Source: an uncultured delta proteobacterium (lineage in GTDB: Bacteria > Myxococcota > Myxococcia > Myxococcales > Myxococcaceae). From it: a stretch of 64,000 bases of DNA. Location: NCBI GenBank assembly GCA_963776345.1, contig CAVZMH010000019.1:288001-352000 (forward strand). The letters run 5' to 3'. The notes beneath the pieces are model-generated. The model saw only the letters and a program-made list of their open reading frames with translations. It was not told where the DNA came from and searched no databases. The first letter of the stretch is position 1, and every line of letters begins with the position of its first letter. This document shows positions 61,635-64,000 of the stretch, one piece after another. Made by a program: the position numbers and the translations under genes.

Positions 61635-64000
61635 TTGCTCTGCTACCGCTGCGGCAGCCACGTTCCCGATTCGGCCGAGCGCTGCAACACCTGCGGCCAG
61701 CGCCAGGTGGGGACGGCGCGCATGCCGAGCACCACCGGCATCCGCCGTCGCCTCTCGCCCGCGCTGCTCGCCGGCGCGCCGTACCGGGTCGGCGACCGGA
61801 TGGCGGAGCGGTACGTGGTGAAGGACGCCATCGGCCTCGGTCCGCTGGGGTACGTCCTCCGCGCCACCGACGAGCGGCAGGGCATCGACGTCGCGGTGAA
61901 GATGATCCACCCGCGCTTCGTGCAGACCGCCGAGGAGCGCGAGGCGTTCGCCCGCGCGGTGGAGCCGGCGCGCAAGTTCCTCCAGCCGTCGCTGGCGCGG
62001 GTGCACGACCTCGGCGTCGACCAGGGCTGGCCGTACGTCACCTACAGCTTCCTCGACGGGCTCACCCTGCGGCGGATGATCGACTCGCGCCTGGCCAAGG
62101 GGCAGACCTTCACCCTGGACGAGGTGGAACCAATCCTCGGCCAGCTCGCCGCGGCGCTCGAGGCCGCGCACCCGGTCGGTGCGCACGCCGACCTCAAGCC
62201 CGAGAACGTGGTCATCCTCCCCGACATGCTCCGGGTGGTGGACTGGGGCGTCGCCCGCGGGCTTCCGCGGCTTCCCTTCGTGCAGGCGCAGCGGCAGCGG
62301 TCCACCCACCGCTACCTCGCGCCGGAGGTGGTGGCGGGCGCGGAGCCCGATCCGCGCGCGGACCTCTACGCGCTCGGGGTGCTGGTGGGAGAGATGCTCA
62401 CCGGGCTCACCCCCGACGAGGACATCCCCGAGCTGCGGCTGACCTCCTCCGAGCTCCCCGAGGCGGTGGAGGGCTTCTACCGCCGCGCACTCAACGAGCG
62501 CCCCGAGGCGCGCTTCCGGAGCGTCCGCGAGCTGTACGAGGAGTTCGTCTCGCTGCTCGCGCCGGAGCCCGCGTCCGCCGCGGTGCCTCCCGAGGCGCCG
62601 GTCCACGAAATCGAGGCGCTCGTCGAGCAGGTCGAGGCGCTCGCCGAGCACGTCGAGTCGCCCGGGCCCGTCGCCGCGCCGGAGCAGGTCCTCGCGCAGC
62701 CGGTGGAGCCAGCTCCGGTCGCCGAGCCCATCGCCGCCGCCGCGCTCCCGCGCTTCGACAGCCAGGTCCCGGAGGCCCCCCGCCACTCCACCCGCGAGGT
62801 GGTGGCGCTCGAGCCGCCAGCCTGGACCGGTCCCTCCGCCGCCCCCGCGGAGGCCACCCCCGGCCGGTCCGATTCGGCCGGGTCGGTGCGCTGGCGCGCC
62901 CTGCGGCTCTGGGACGCCGACGAGTCCGGCCCGGACGAGCAGGCGCCCGCGCCGGCTCCGGCGCCCGAGCCCGCCGCCGCCGCCGAGGCCACCGGGCCCG
63001 AGCTTCCGGTGCGCCGCGAGCCCGCGCTGGCGCTGGTCGACACCGCCGCCCTGCCGCGCAACGGGGTCAGTGGGCTCGAGCACCCGGACGACGAGGCGGA
63101 GCGCGCGGTCGCCAGCCTCATCGAGGTGGACGAGGGCTCCGAGCTGTCCGTCGAGGGAGACGGCGACGAGCCGCTCCTGGCCGATGCGCTCGGGGTCGAC
63201 CTGCTGATCGACGGAGACGAGCCGGGTCCGGCCGCTGCGGCCGAGGCCGACGCCTTGCCCCCCCCGTTGCGGGAGGTTCCGCGCCCAACGGCCGACACAC
63301 CGCCGCCGGTCGCCGCGCCGGTCCGCGAGGCGCCGCGGCTCGTTCCCGACTCGCGGCCGTGGGCCACCGAGCCACGTCCAGCGCCCTTCCACCGCGAGAT
63401 GCCGGTCGTGCATCCGCTTCCGCCGCCCGTCGCCGCTCCGGCGGCCGGGCTGGTCGAGGCGCCGGCGGCGGCCGCGCTCACCGCGCTCCCCCCGCCGCCC
63501 AGCATCCCGCCGCTGCGGGCGAGCGTTCCCCGGCTGTCCCCGGTCGAGCCGGTCACGCCGCGTCCGTCCACGGCGACGGCGCCCACGCCCCTCTCGGTCG
63601 TTCCCGAGCCGTCCCCCACGCGCCAGGAGAAGGTGGTGGCGCCCCCGCCGCCCGCCGAGGCGCTGAGCCCGGCCCCGGCCCGCGGCGCCGGGAGCTGGAG
63701 CCCGGCGGAGCTGCTCGCCCAGGTCGTCGCCGAGATCCGGGCCGAGGAATACGGCCTGGGGCTTCCCCAGGGCGCCACCTGGGAGCCGGTTCCCCTGGAT
63801 GCGACCCAGCCCATCTCCACCGAGGAGGTGGCGGCGCGGGTGGCCGCCGAGACGCGCGGGTTCACCACCGCCTCCGTCGCCGCGGCCGGCTCCCAGGACG
63901 ACGAGGATCTTCCTGCGCTCCGTCACGAGGCGGGCAGGGCGGGGATGCGCATGGCGCTCCTCACCGCGGCCGGGATCATCCTCGGGATGCTGGCCGGCTG
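61635..64000 (+). CDS. zinc-ribbon + Ser/Thr protein kinase with Pro-rich linker and TM (runs off window end)
   Basis: TTG start; CYRC..CNTC ribbon; IGLGPLG, VAVK, HADLKPEN, DWG, YLAPE, DLYALG; hydrophobic segment at the window end. Confidence 0.85.
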   Translation, partial: MLCYRCGSHVPDSAERCNTCGQRQVGTARMPSTTGIRRRLSPALLAGAPYRVGDRMAERYVVKDAIGLGPLGYVLRATDERQGIDVAVKMIHPRFVQTAEEREAFARAVEPARKFLQPSLARVHDLGVDQGWPYVTYSFLDGLTLRRMIDSRLAKGQTFTLDEVEPILGQLAAALEAAHPVGAHADLKPENVVILPDMLRVVDWGVARGLPRLPFVQAQRQRSTHRYLAPEVVAGAEPDPRADLYALGVLVGEMLTGLTPDEDIPELRLTSSELPEAVEGFYRRALNERPEARFRSVRELYEEFVSLLAPEPASAAVPPEAPVHEIEALVEQVEALAEHVESPGPVAAPEQVLAQPVEPAPVAEPIAAAALPRFDSQVPEAPRHSTREVVALEPPAWTGPSAAPAEATPGRSDSAGSVRWRALRLWDADESGPDEQAPAPAPAPEPAAAAEATGPELPVRREPALALVDTAALPRNGVSGLEHPDDEAERAVASLIEVDEGSELSVEGDGDEPLLADALGVDLLIDGDEPGPAAAAEADALPPPLREVPRPTADTPPPVAAPVREAPRLVPDSRPWATEPRPAPFHREMPVVHPLPPPVAAPAAGLVEAPAAAALTALPPPPSIPPLRASVPRLSPVEPVTPRPSTATAPTPLSVVPEPSPTRQEKVVAPPPPAEALSPAPARGAGSWSPAELLAQVVAEIRAEEYGLGLPQGATWEPVPLDATQPISTEEVAARVAAETRGFTTASVAAAGSQDDEDLPALRHEAGRAGMRMALLTAAGIILGMLAG

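Overview
Very GC-rich (~72-75% by eye) chromosomal DNA. Gene content and order point to a myxobacterium (Myxococcota, Myxococcaceae-like). It is mostly housekeeping. From left to right: SPFH protein, M3-like peptidase lipoprotein, epmA-plsC-ppa, two rRNA methyltransferases, UdgX, CHAD, cystathionine gamma-lyase/synthase, a complete his operon (hisG-D-C-H-A-B-F-N-IE), thrB-thrC-cbs, amgK-murU, PP2C phosphatase, trmL, DnaJ/TPR, PilZ, a receiver-DUF4388 protein, tsaD-rsmA-dNK-panBC-smpB-sspB, a FecR/LysM/HD-GYP (pmxA-like) operon, rimP-nusA-ylxR-infB-DUF503-rbfA-truB, rpsO-pnp-dut, and a Ser/Thr kinase running off the end. No integrase, transposase, CRISPR array, tRNA or rRNA was seen. Points of most interest: (1) an unannotated 28-aa His-rich leader peptide with mutually exclusive RNA structures and no U-tract, suggesting translational (SD-sequestering) attenuation of the his operon; (2) two small genes in or next to the infB operon that appear to start at non-canonical codons (AUC, CUG); (3) three tandem 230-aa paralogous secreted/membrane proteins of identical length between truB and rpsO; (4) structured or repeated non-coding regions at ~21.1-21.5 kb and ~42.5-42.7 kb; (5) a cluster of frameshifts confined to 20-29.4 kb, probably assembly errors. 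All calls come from motif recognition by eye; no searches were run.
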